Of a stretch of DNA of 64,000 nt, positions 1 to 13,700 are shown piece after piece (position 1 is the stretch's first letter; every line of letters begins with the position of its first letter). The notes under the pieces were generated by a model that saw nothing but the letters and a program-made list of their open reading frames with translations, had not been told where the DNA came from and did no database searches. This stretch comes from Obrimoposthia wandeli (lineage: Eukaryota), in contig CDROCS010000681.1 of assembly GCA_977020255.1 (NCBI GenBank), positions 186,001-250,000 on the forward strand. Direction: 5' to 3'. The position numbers were made by a program, and so were the translations under genes.

Positions 1-261
1 GATGTTGAGAATTATGAATAGTAATTTCAATTAATTCATTTTTGTTACTGTTTATTTTATAGTGCTCACATATTGTTTTTAAGATATATAACTACTGAAT
101 TATATTTTTCGTATATTATCTTATTCATTATATAATTTAGTATTTTTCACAAAAAGCCACAAAAGGGCTATGAGGGCTATATTCATCGTTAATTGTTTGC
201 AATCTCTAGACACGTACTTTAACAAACATCTCAATACTTTATGGGGTGATCGTGAGTAAGT

Positions 262-477
262 AGAAGGATGGAGTCTAGATCACTTGACCCACCCCCTTGT
301 GCGCACACAATGTTAAGGATTTTACAACATAAGGGTGTCACACCATAAAGGTATATGTTGACTCACCATAGGGGTGTCACACCATAAGGGTGTCTTGCCA
401 CACCATAAGGGTCTGGCTCAGAAAGGTTAAGATAGAGGGAGGGGGGAAGGGTCAATTGATTTAGTCTCCACCCTTCT
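262..477. repeat. MITE-like element: 29-bp imperfect inverted repeats enclosing short CACCATAAGGGTGTC-type repeats
   Basis: 262-290 AGAAGGATGGAGTCTAGATCACTTGACCC is the reverse complement of 449-477 at 25/29 positions; no clear target-site duplication. Confidence 0.45.
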
Positions 478-490
478 TTTTGTCAACCAC

Positions 491-698
491 TAAAGGGTTG
501 TGGTCGTCCATAATTTAAAGGGTCAGACTCAGTTTTGACTTGAAGATTTGAAGATATGATTGGCTATGGTTGGCCATCACATCTAAAGGGTTGTGGTCGT
601 CCATAATTTAAAGGGTCAGACTCAGTTTTGACTTGAAGATTTGAAGATATGATTGGCTATGGTTGGCCATCACATCTAAATGGTTGTGGTCGCCCATA
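491..698. repeat. 93-bp tandem repeat, about 2.2 copies
   Basis: Unit TAAAGGGTTGTGGTCGTCC...GGCCATCACATC starts at 491, 584 and (partial) 677. Confidence 0.9.
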
Positions 699-1719
699 AA
701 TCAATTTATTAATGTATTTGAATATTTGAATGATAGTTTGAATAAATGAGAGTTAGATTGAATGTAAATGAATACAATTATGAATGCAAATGAATGCAAA
801 TACAAGTAAGAGTCTTAGCAAGTGAATGTAATTTAAAAATAAGAGTGTCGAGAGTATGATTGAATGTGAGTATAATTTAGACTATAAGTAAATTAATATC
901 GAGTTTTCGTAAGCAACTATAAGAAGCAGTGATACTGAGTTATGTTAAAAGTTAGAATGACTAAGTTAGAGCAATATTAATAGAAAACAATACTATGTTT
1001 GACAATATAAGTGAAACGTGGAAAAATATTAATGAATTTGAATGCTACTTAGAATGATTGTAAGTGAATAATAAGTGAATTATAATAATTCAAATGTCAA
1101 AAGGTTTATTTTCTACAAAAAATATTTATATTTATGTTGCTGGAATTTCTAAATATCTGGGATTTCCAAAGTTATTAGTGTTATTTATGGAATACAAATT
1201 GTTTCTGCATAATTTATCGAATGTTAATTTTAATTTATATTTTTAAAATTTTATTTTCTATAATTAAGCGCTGAAATATTATTTAACATAAAGTAATTTC
1301 TTGGTTATTGAATTTTTAAAGTTATGGATCGTTAAAGATACTCTTGGTTTTTCAGTACGGCTCAACATCCTTCATAAATAATTTTTAAATTCATTGAGTT
1401 TTTAAAAAAATTGATTTGGATGACTTTCATTTAGGGTAAAATGGTGGAAAACATACATGCTACCATGAAATATAATATGTTTATATTTTTTCAAATGAAA
1501 AATATCACTCTTTCAAGAGTTTTTTTCAAAGTTTAGATATAGAAAATATAAGTATAGTAGCTAAAACCTTTTTAATTTTTGATATATTAAAATCTGTTCA
1601 ATCTAGAATAGAAAACATTATGTTAATAATATATTTCAAATAAATCTATATTAATCAGTAAAAGAAACAATAAGAAAAGATAAACCATGTGAATAAATAT
1701 AAAAGTATCAGCAATAGCA

Positions 1720-4700
1720 TCAGTATAACTTATCTAAAAGTTTTATTGAAACTTCATAACCTAAAAAGCATATCTAAATAAAAATTTTAATAATTATTCC
1801 TTTTATAATAAAACTTCATTACAAATAAGTTTATTTCAAGTAAAATATTATATTTATAAAAGCCTTTTGATTATTGAACACTGTATAGGACTCAAAAATT
1901 TTCGATTTTATTAACAGAATATTGATTATTTACATTTAAAAAATAATTTATCCTTTTTATTTGATATGAAAATAATAAATGCTTTTAATAAAACGATTTT
2001 TGGGTTAAAGCTAACAATTCAATATTTTATTATTTCACACTTTAAGAAATATATATTGGGTAATATTTCCTTTTTCTTTTGTAATTTCAAGGGGCTGAAA
2101 CTTGTATTTCTATAATCGAATGAAATGGTGAAAATTGTGACTGCATTTTCTGATTATTTCTATATACATCCACTTTTCAATCCTCTCCAACTTGCAGCAG
2201 TCAGGGCATCTACTCGATCAGGTATTGTATCCACAGTTTCTGAAACTCCACGTAGTCTAAAGCAAGTCCACTGGACACAAGTATGTTATATGACTTTACT
2301 TGAGATTCGTATTTTAATCTTCTTTCTTTCTGCAGCTGAATATTTGTAAGCTTGAAAAAGTTGATTGTTGTCGGTATTCCAGAACCCAAGGGTCCCTACT
2401 CTAATGACATATAGTTCTACCATTTTTTTACTATTATCTTTCCGCATAGTCTCGACTAGATTCTGATATTTGTCCATTGTTTTGCTGTAACTATTATTTT
2501 GACTCATATTACTGTGAAAGGGAACTTTTATTTTTACATAGTGGATGTAGGTTCTACCTTTTATCGTAATATCTGGTCTTGTTCGCTGAATATTGCCACT
2601 GTCATCCATTACCATAGTCGTTTCCTCCATGGCAATAGCATCTCCGTTATTTAGGGCAAGTTTAAGTAAGGCATATACTTCTCGAACTACCATATCGTGC
2701 CTCTGTACTTTCCAGTGATGGATTTTATAGCATTCTACTATAGCATGGTATACAGTCTCGGGTGATGATTTGTTGTTTCTTTTACACTCATATCGGCAAT
2801 AGTTAACTTTACGCTTACTATATAGTGCTTTAACATCCAAGCGTCTTATTAGGGATTTGTGTATAACGTACCATGCTTTATGAGTGAGTTTACACTTTAG
2901 GATAAACCTGTTAATGTCCGTATCAGATGTAGCATTTCCATAAATCACCTATCTTGGTTTATCATTAATTCTTACATGTTCAGTCCTAGCAATTGCGATC
3001 TGGTTGTGGATATTGGCACTTATTCCTTTGTTATTGTCGCTTGTGAGTACGGTATTAACATTACCCTTCTTAATTCAAATTACTAATTCATCATTTTCAC
3101 GATATGTAGCCCCTTTAGAGATTATAATTTCAAGATTCAACTCCTTCTTGATTTTCTTGTGAGCCTCAGTATACCTTGCTCACTCATTTATGTATGTTGC
3201 TTGAATGACTTTTTCATTTACGGCTTGGGCCAGCAACTCCAAAAGTCTCCACATTCCAGGATTCATTTACTTACTAAGGAGATTAGTTCAAGTCTAAAGG
3301 CTTGTTGTAATCATCCACGGTCTGCATTCACCATTCGGAAGACCTGGATTATGGCCTGGATATTTTACTCCTCCGTGAAACTTGGTATACCGAATCCTCC
3401 ATGATCTTTGTGACCATGGAAGGTTCCAAGATAGGTGTTTTTAGGCAGTCTTGCAATTCTTCGTAGTTGTTTCCTCACTTGCCGGTCATTGGCGTTTTTT
3501 GTTACTCCTTTAGTAAATCTATCATTGGTGAATCTCTCGTTAGAGATGTTGTTTTGCCTGCAACTGAATACAAATTTGGAGTGTACTAAGCTTTTGTACG
3601 CCGAGATTTTCTGGTGAGAATACAGTCTACTGTTCATGATCTTCATAGTCATGTGAAAATTCCCCTGAAATAGATCCTCGCATTTGTGTTTTGTATCTGC
3701 ATTCCTGTTCATACCTAGGTATCTGTAGGCACTATCTGTAGTTACTGCAGGTATAGAGTCTCCATTGAGTAAGATCTCCTTGATTTCTTTCTTTACATCT
3801 CTATTATTGCTGCACCTAAAAGGAATTCTGAGTATTCCACATTTGCTAGGTTCGAATCTTAATTGAATCCTGGCTGCAGTATCTGCTGCAGTATCCACCA
3901 TCATCTTCAGTACAGATTTGTCCTCAGCGAGTAAGGCAAGATCATCTGCATATGCTAGGGTAGCAAAATGTGTAGAACCACGTAGGAACCCAGCGTTGGG
4001 TACTTTCTTTACTGCCTCAATGGCGGGATTAATACAGAGATTAAATATAATCATGGACAATGGACAACTTTGGCGTACACCTATTTTAATGGGTATATCT
4101 TTAATATTAGTTTCTCCACGTTGTATGTCGGTTTTGTTCTCTTCGTAGATACTGTATACAAGTTTATATATCTTCTCAGAAATGTAAACTTTCAAAATCA
4201 TGCTTACGATGAAGTCTATGGGCACTGACCCAAAGGCATCAGCGATATCTAGGAATGCAACATGACAGGATCTTTTGTTTCTGTGACACTCATTGGTGAC
4301 TAGATTGAGTACTGTATTGTGCTCAAAACAGCCCTCAAACCTGCCAATGCTCTTTTGGAAGTTTTTCTTTCCATGATCAGTTTTGTAGATCAGAAGCAAT
4401 AACACTTGCTAGTACTTTATAAAGGCAACTCATAACCGCAATTGATCTCCACACAGAAATGTCATATAAGAATATTTTCTGGCTTTTGGAATAAACTTGG
4501 TTTTGAAGGTTCTTCATGCAGTAGGCTTTCAGAACTTGTTAAACAAGGACGTTATCTCATTGTAATTTGAGTCTTAATTCCTGATGTCGGAGTATGTTAT
4601 CCCATCAGGCCCTGGTACACTAGCAGGAGCTTTCCTGAGAGAAACACTTACCATCTTGGCAGTAACAAAATCACATGGATAGGTACTTTATCCTCTCCGA

Positions 4701-7700
4701 AAAAGGTCGGGCAATATACTCCAGTCCGTCGGCATAGACTCTGACATCTTAGTCTCAAAGAAACTAAGTATGTTTCTCCTGTCTGGCGTACTATGAATAT
4801 CAATTTTGTCGATCATAATCTGATTGATTGCTTTTTTGGGGTTTGCACGATACAATTTGGCAAGATCGTGGTTCTTAACTACGCCTGTATTTCGGAGTTT
4901 GTAATGTTTGTCTTTAGCATTCTCATGCTTTAATGCAAACTGTTTCTTCACAAATTTACGTTCGATGCAGTTGATCTCGATCCCGATTGAGGGGTTCACG
5001 GTCCTCTCACTAATGGAGAGGTTACTATTCAGCACATTGGGATGTCAACAAGGACAACAGCATCCCTAATCCTCTCCGATGCATACTGCTGGTATCACTC
5101 TTTCAAAATTTGGTGGTTGTTATTTCAAGTTCAGATCAATGCATAGTTTAAGCTGCACTTGTTTAGCATGTGAAACGCAATCTTTCTAAGAAAATTTCAC
5201 GCAAACATTCGATACATTCCCAGCATCTTCATTCGAGTCTCTGTTCGTATTTTCCGATATTTGTAACGCCCTAGACAATTCTATCGGGAGACTGTCTACA
5301 AAAGCAAGCCACACAGCTTCATTAGACAGCCCAGGATATTTGGCCTGATATTTGAGGTCAGATAATTATGCATCGACTGTTTCTCCATCAACCTACCGTC
5401 GCTCACGGAATCTTCGTTCAAAACGCTCAAATTTCTGATTACTGCCAAAATAGTTTGCTTTATAATAAAAATCAAAGATTTCGATAAGAATCCACTTTTA
5501 TTCAACTTTCCAACATCTACTACTACAATTCCGAATATTTAACAAATTATCACAGAATCAAATGACAGTTTTGAACAAATTATTTGGGTATAACTAAACA
5601 AGCTTAATTAACGATTATTATTTTTAAAAGATTTTTAAAACTGTAACATATTAGCCGATCAATGAAATCTTATTATGGATTCGTAATGTTTATAATTTTT
5701 TCCCATTTAAATTATGCGTTAATAATTTAAAAATTATACATTTAAAATTCTTGTTATAAAAATATCTTTATTTAAATATTATTTTACTACTTAAAATAAA
5801 TTTAAATTTCATATATTATTAATAATTTCCTAACCCAGTATTTCTATAAAAAATTAATTTAGGGCGATTAGTTTAAATAAAAAATTATTTAGCAAATACT
5901 TCTGTATACCCTAATTATCTCTTTTGATAAGAAAACTGAAAACAAAGATCACGTGTATCTGAAAATAAGTTTTGGTATCGTACCGAATTGGCTGGGAAAG
6001 CTCTGAGTAGAATGGGAAGATATCCTCTATAGAAACTAAGAACTCCTTCATGTTTTATCATCTCTTTGAAAACTGATCGGATACCATTGGGATATCTTTC
6101 TTCTGGCGCTAAAAAGATAGTAATTAGTAAATCTTGCAGTTTATGGTACTAAACTGTTTACTTTTACTAACTTTTAACCTTTTATTTCAAAATCCTAAAA
6201 TATATTATAAAATTTTATGAAATAAATTGCCTTTTCTACTTTTAAAACTGCAGCATTTCTTTTATTATGACAAGTTTTGAATTAATTTTCTTTCAAAAAA
6301 AGACACTACCCCACAGATTTGATAGATTTGTTGATATAATATAGTGATTAGTTTGGAAGATAAAATTATCTCATGAATTTGATAACCTACATGTAAAATG
6401 CTAATATAGCGAAGAATTTACCTTTATCTTTTTGAAAGTAGTATGGGTAATCCTTTTTGTAAAGAACATATTCTATAAGAAAAATTGAATTAGTTAATGA
6501 ATTTTAAAGTTAAAGAAGAAAGCTCAGAGACTTTGAAAAAAAAAAGTCAAGAAATTTTATCCTTTATATTAATTTTTAAAAAAAATATTTAATTTTAAAA
6601 AGGATTGTTTTAGCCATTATAAAGGCTAAATTCTTATTATTCTTACATTCTTTATTAATCAATTGACAACTGGTATACATTTTGACTCTATAACTCTGTC
6701 GATAACCCATTCATGCCTGGTTCTTATATAGCTGAACATATACAAGCTTGTGTGATTACAAACACACATAAAAGTACATAACAAACATTTTAAAATGTTT
6801 ACCTCTTATTTAAAATTTTATTCAAAAACGAATTGCTAACTAAGAATTAGTCATCAACCTACCCCAAAATCAGACCTAATCATAAGCGAAAACAACACAA
6901 ACCAATATTGACCTCAACAAACCTACCAAAGCTCTCAACTAAGCACAAAATCTAATAACAATCGCCAGACTCGGGGTCAACTTATTACTTCCAAAGTACA
7001 AGAAAACAATAAAAAACCTCTACTACGACAACTGACACAAACAATATATTGATCTTATCATCTTCTTTACTTCCACAAACACTTTAGCCACTCGTATAAC
7101 CGTCTTTACCAAAACATAATTAAGTAATTCTTTCCAATGACAATTTTCTTGATTTTTTAAATTAAGAATTTAGACTCTTTCCACCATAGTTTACTGTCAG
7201 CACATTCTACTGCTCCTATTTTCATGACAACACATTTCCAAGATCTTCCTTTGTTGGAACATATTTATACTGATTTTTTTTCTCATCCCTGAATGATTCC
7301 CACTTTATGTGCTACAAATGGTTTATAATATCTCCTGGGTTATTTGATCCGAAAATATCTCACCCTTGGTTGATCCCTTTCATCAACTTGTACTTGGAGA
7401 TAAGATAATATTATCACTACAATAGCCTAATAGCGAAGCTGCTTCGTTAAAAATGCTATTATATTTTAATGTCATTAAGGAACACTTACCCGATTGTAGT
7501 CGCGACTTCATTGTGTCTGGAGGAATACAAACAAACCAATTACTCAATACTCCAGCCAGTCCACCGGCTAATAGAGTTCGACTCACGCTAAGCTTGGTCT
7601 GACTGAAATAATATTTTAATTTTTTTTTAATTATAAGATACAACTTTTATTAACGTAATTAATTTTTTCATATGTTTTTCAATGATTTTGTTGAATTAAA

Positions 7701-10700
7701 AATAAAACAAGGAGTAAAAAAAGCTTATATATCATATAATTTTTAATACTATGTGAAATATATACTTTATTTCGTTTAAGCTTACATTACCCTAAACGTT
7801 TGGGTATAGTCCGCATCCCTGTATAGCCTGCAGTTAAATAAATCAGTAAATGTTTGAAACACATTTTATATATCCCACACCCATAATATCATAATATATA
7901 TTTAAAAAGATTTTTATTAAACATGAACAGAATAAATTCGTAAAAGAAACTGAAAATAATTGAATATACCAAGGCTTGTCATAACAGAACCACGACAAGA
8001 TTTTATGAGGTCAATGGAAAGGCGTCAGATAGTGGAGAAACAAGAAATATATGCTTAAGGCCCTAAATCCTTCACAAAGAGCACAGCGACACTCTAGACC
8101 CTGGTGGCCACAATTATAAAGTGTGCTAAAAGAACGGATAGTTGCTTTAAGAAACGAATGTATGGGAGTATCCACTACCTTTATTAAATTAAGAGCTCAC
8201 GCATTTTCCAAAAAATATATAAATTGCCAGTTTCAAAGTCAGTGGAAAGTTGTATTTTAATTTTACGCACTTCAATAGACTTTAATTATATGCAGTGACG
8301 TCAACTGGAAAGACAAGTTTGAATATTTTAAAATTTATTTAAAGAAGAAGAATAAAAACGTTGATCCAAAGTCCATAGCTAAAAACGTATAGTGTTGAAT
8401 CAGTGAGAGAAAATAACATTAAAATTACAACCATAGGATCAGAAAAACAGTTTTACTGTTAAAATATGTATTACCAGGGACGGAAATTAACTTCCCCCTA
8501 TAATAATTTTTAAGACTAAAACTGTTTCAAATAGTCGTGGAATAGTCGTATATTCAGATGAGGAGGAATAGGTAAATGAAGATGTATTCAAGAAATTCTA
8601 AACTTAAATTTGTTCTAATTTTAGATTCGGTACCTGATTATTTGACAGAGTCGGCGAAGGACAACGTCCAGAAAATAACTTATTTTGCTGTAATTCCAGG
8701 TGGTATGGCCAAATTGTTTCAATCACTGGATAATTCGGCTAACAATACTTTTAAAACTAACATCAAACAGAAATGAGATAAGTGTTATTATAGAACTAGA
8801 TCAAAAGAATTGAAGCAGAAATTTTTTTTTAATGAAAAAAAAATTATGTAACTTACTTTGCATTTTCTGGAGTCAGTGCCTCCTGAAGCCATTCATATAC
8901 CATAAAGTATGCACCAGAAGATGGGATATCTGAAAGAAAGTTATAATAGAATGCAACATAAAATATAAAATGTCAAAATAACTAAAAATGGAAGAAATTC
9001 AAATAAACAAAAGCTACAAACTAACTTTAGCTTACATTCGGAAAGATATTTAGGATAAATTTTTGTCAAAGTTAATAATAATTGTTAAGAATTTCAGTAA
9101 AAGCTAAATATATTTATCATTTATTTTGAGCTGGCACAGAAAAGTCTTTGTAGTGTATTTTATCATTTTCTCTCTATCTGTAAAATGTCGCGCTTCCAAG
9201 TAGAAATCTTTTTTCTTTTAGTTCACTCTTTCAAATTACATCCAATTTGTAACCACAGGGTTTTTTGTGCCATATAAGACAAAATGTGCAAAAATATCAC
9301 TAGTTAAACATTCAAAATTTTAACAGCGCAAATAAATCCTTTAAACTATCCAGAATATTGAATTTTTGAGCATTCATAAATTATATTAAAGTCTTGGTTA
9401 ATAATATTTCTTAGCCAGTGTTTAAATGATATTTATATCGAAATGGATGAAAATGAATAGAAGAAGTACCGTATAAAAATGTTTATAAAATATATTATAA
9501 TTGTTGTATGTGACCTAAACGACACAAATAGTTCAATACCTTTAATTTAGTCAGTCAGCTGTAAATTAAGATATTTATTATGTAGTATTTGTATGTCTAA
9601 CTTAAATTTTATTTTTCAATAATTTGTATCAAAATTACAAATATGCTAGACAAAAAAATGATAAGTTATTTTAGTGAAATTTTAGAATGACTGAAAATTG
9701 AACAATCGAATATAACTTTTTCCACCTTATTTATAATCATTCATTTTTATTTCTTCAATGTTTACATTTATTTATATATAATTGAATACATTCTATTTAA
9801 CTGGATATTTTCTGCCATTTTAGATCATAATTTAGTACATATTATTGAATAGATAAGAAATATGTATTTCGATGTTTTATGTCAATTTTAATTATACGAT
9901 GATTATGACACATTTATGGGTTTAAAGTACAAACTTGAGTTTGATGTATAAAAACGCAAAATCTAAATGAAACTTACCTCTGAGTAAAGTGGCAGCAGTG
10001 CCTCTGTATATACTCCGAATACCACCGTTTCTGTATAATTTCCTCGCTACATCAACAGGACCATAATATTTTTTCGATTTTTGGGAAACTCCTTGTGCCT
10101 AATTTGAGAACATTGCATTAAAGGTACTCAATTTAATATTCACACAAAATGTTCCAAATAGATTATTTTTTTTTAGTTCATTAAATTATTAATTCATATT
10201 TTTAAAAAATCATATTGACATTCACAGACATATTCACACGAAAGGGAATATCTAGCTCAAACGATACAAAATAAAATAAAAAAATATTTCAAATAGAAAC
10301 ATAATAATATCTTTAAGCGTGAAAATTACGAAAAATCACCAATCACATTCATCATAATTTAATATAGGTAATATTAGTTTAATTATGGCAAAAGCTCAGC
10401 TACAAAATGACACATCATTATTAACAAAAACAATAATATATTTATATTTTTGTTTCATATTTTATCAATAAAAAATATGGATAACTCATTTTTACCTGTA
10501 TGGAAAAATAAATATAGTTTTAAAAATAAAATATTATCTAGTTATTTCATATTGTTAATTATAGGATCTTCTGAATGTGGTAAAAATTCATAATTATTAA
10601 ATATGTTGCTAACTGATAATTTCTTATATAATTTGATATTTTCAGTATCGAAAAGAATTGCAAATTGTAAAAAAAGGTTTTGAATAAGGTGTAACGAAAA

Positions 10701-13700
10701 AAGCTATTAGAAATATTTTTGATGAATGTGAAACTGTTAAACGAATAATAGAATATTATAAATCTAATACTATTTCTGGTTTTAAAAAGGGTATAATATC
10801 AAACTTCTCGAATTTTATATATATGTGGAAGAACCGAAAAGTGAATCCGGTAATGACAATAGAAATCATATAAATCTTTTTAGGGAATTAAATAAATTTC
10901 TAACGGCTAAAAAAGTCGGTCATAACAATGATGAGAAAAAAATAAAATACATTCATAAAAAAATATTAGTCTTGATAAATATAACAAAAATATATGAATA
11001 AAAAGGAATTTTAATATTTTAAAAAATATTTGACATTGGTACTAAAACTAATTTTGATCTCAAAGAATATGCAGACAAAATAAATTTGGATATAAAAATC
11101 TTAATGAATGACGAAATTATTAAAACTAAAAATGATAACATTATCATAAATATTCAAAACTTTGATTAAAATGGAAGTCATTGGGTTTGTATAAAAGATA
11201 GAAAAGTCTACTTTGATTCGAATATTATAAATTCTACAAAGAAATTGAAAATTTTCTTAAAGATTATGACAATAATACTTTACAATTTTAACCAAATGAT
11301 ACAAAAATATGTGGTATTCTATTTTTATATGTTTTATATAATCTTTTTGGATATATTTTTGATGATGTTATAAAGGAGATTTATGAAGATTTAGAAAGTT
11401 TATTAATTGTTTAGAAATTAATTTTCAATAACTCATTTTCATAAAATTAATCTATATTATCTTTGTGTTGAAGATAGTTTAGAATTATTCATTTCAGATT
11501 CTGTAAAATTCATCATCATTTTCATTTTAGAATATTTATGAATTAAATTCGTATCAAAATATTTAACCTTTTAAATGTTATCGATATCCATTATTTTATA
11601 TATATATATATATGAGTGAAAATGTGAAAGCATTACAAAAAATAAACAATTTATTCTCATCTAAACTATCTACAACGATGACTACTCAAAGTAAAGAATC
11701 GAAATTTGAAATTAATTTTCCATATCATATAAAATTAAATAAGAATTTTATTTTGATTTAGACTGTTGTGGTTTTCATGTTAAAACACAATTTATAATGT
11801 TGATAAAACCAATAATACATTTAATTTTTCTTATATTGGTATAAAATATAATACTGTAACTATAGAACTTAATACATATTACATACAAGATTTATCTATG
11901 ATATTGAATTCAATATTACTTCCAAGTACTAAAATTACTTAAAATATTATAGAAACTAAACATGGTTTATCAAATAGTAAATGAATCTTTTTGTAAATAT
12001 TGTCTTTGAAGATGGTTAATATGAAACAGATATTAATAAACATATAGCATCTCATAACCTTGCACATATCACAAATATAAATACAATCGTATAATGATGG
12101 AAAAGTTTCAAATATTTTATATTCATTTCCATTTAACACTTTTCCAATGGGTAATAAACCATTGAGAGAATGTCCTCAGTTATTTTTCACCTATAAACAA
12201 AATTATATCAATAAAAAAATATTTAAAATAGTTTATGAGGACAGAGAATTAATAAATTTCAATAAGGAAAAATGTATTAAATTTTTATACTATTTATTTT
12301 TATACATTTTTAATAAATATATTATTAGTCCCACCCTTTTGAAAATAAATATGTTAATGAGCATGGAGATAAAATAAAATATTTAAAAGTTGAAGACGAT
12401 CCAGTAGATAATTCTGATGCTATAAATAAAATATATTTTACTAAAGAAATTTTTACAGTTCTTAAAGAATTTAGATTCTTCTGTTAGTGAAAAAATTATA
12501 AAATTAGATGAAAAAATATGATTGCATTAAGATAATTAAATTCTTATGTTAAAAATACGATTTTAAAAGTTCAAACAGACATAGATGAAAAGAGTTTAAA
12601 TTATTTCAAAATTTAAAACCACTAACAAAATTCCTTTAGACTTTAATATTTTTTTTTTTGGTATGGAAAATGTAAACTTTTTGGTTACAACATTCAATTT
12701 TCTGTAGTCAACACACACTCGAATTGTATTGTCTTCTTTTTTCACAATGACCAATGGTGAGTTCCAAGAACTTTCACAACACCTAATTACGTTTACTTTG
12801 AGTAAATTTTCAATCATTTTATCAACTTGATTTCTAAATTTATTGGTTGTCATATAGGATTTTGACAAATTGGGTTGATAATAGTCTCAATTTTATGAAA
12901 CACAATTTTAGTATATCTGGTATTTTATCTATTCTTTCTTTCGAGAAGAACCTTTTCATCGTGCAAGACGAGTCCAAATTACATGCTTCTTGCAGCTGTA
13001 TCCCGAATGTTTTCATTGTATTGATTCCACCAATAAAATCCAGTTTAATTTCTTCTACAACGATATTTCCAAAACTTTCTCCTTTCCATTCCCTAACATT
13101 TTAGTATTGAACCTACCTAAAGGTTGTTGATGACTACTTCAGAAAACATCACTCAAATATAAATTACTCGTTCCTTCATTTTTTACATATTACTTTCTTC
13201 CAACAATCCTTACTCATTACAGAATCCTTACTCACAGAATTTCAACATATACATCATTAATCCTCATTTTACTCCCTTCACGACCATCATTCTTCATATA
13301 CATATTTTCATTCCGTTTTGGTTTTATATTCTCGATCCCACCAACGAAATATGAGTAATGGGATTGCTCACGTTTCACTGATTAACATCATGTATTAACA
13401 TTTTGTCATTTTCATAATCTTCTAAATCTTCTAAATCTTCTTTGTTTTCTCCGACTTCTTCTGTTATACAAAGTAGTCTTATAGTTATATGTGGGTTTTT
13501 TAAAAGATAGCAGCTGTTGAAATTGTGGCCTTCTTTTATGCAAATCAGAAATTTATGATTGAGAGTACATTGGATTCAAAAATGACCATTTTCACCACAA
13601 CAAAAACATGCATCTGGCTGGAGTTTTTCACTCTGTATAACAGGTAGTCCCTTAGCTAATTTATATTTAGTTTTAGATATTTTCTTTCAGGAAACTTTTG

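Noticed and set aside
5575-5605. GTTTAGTTATACCCAA on minus as a nematode SL1-like target of the retroelement
   Set aside because: Short gapped match in AT-rich DNA, with no SL RNA stem-loops or Sm site
7383-7487. AASLLGY in ORF 7383-7643 as the carrier's last exon
   Set aside because: It lies upstream of the PANS exon with no in-phase acceptor; the real last exon (ICFLGYE) is at 1773-1720
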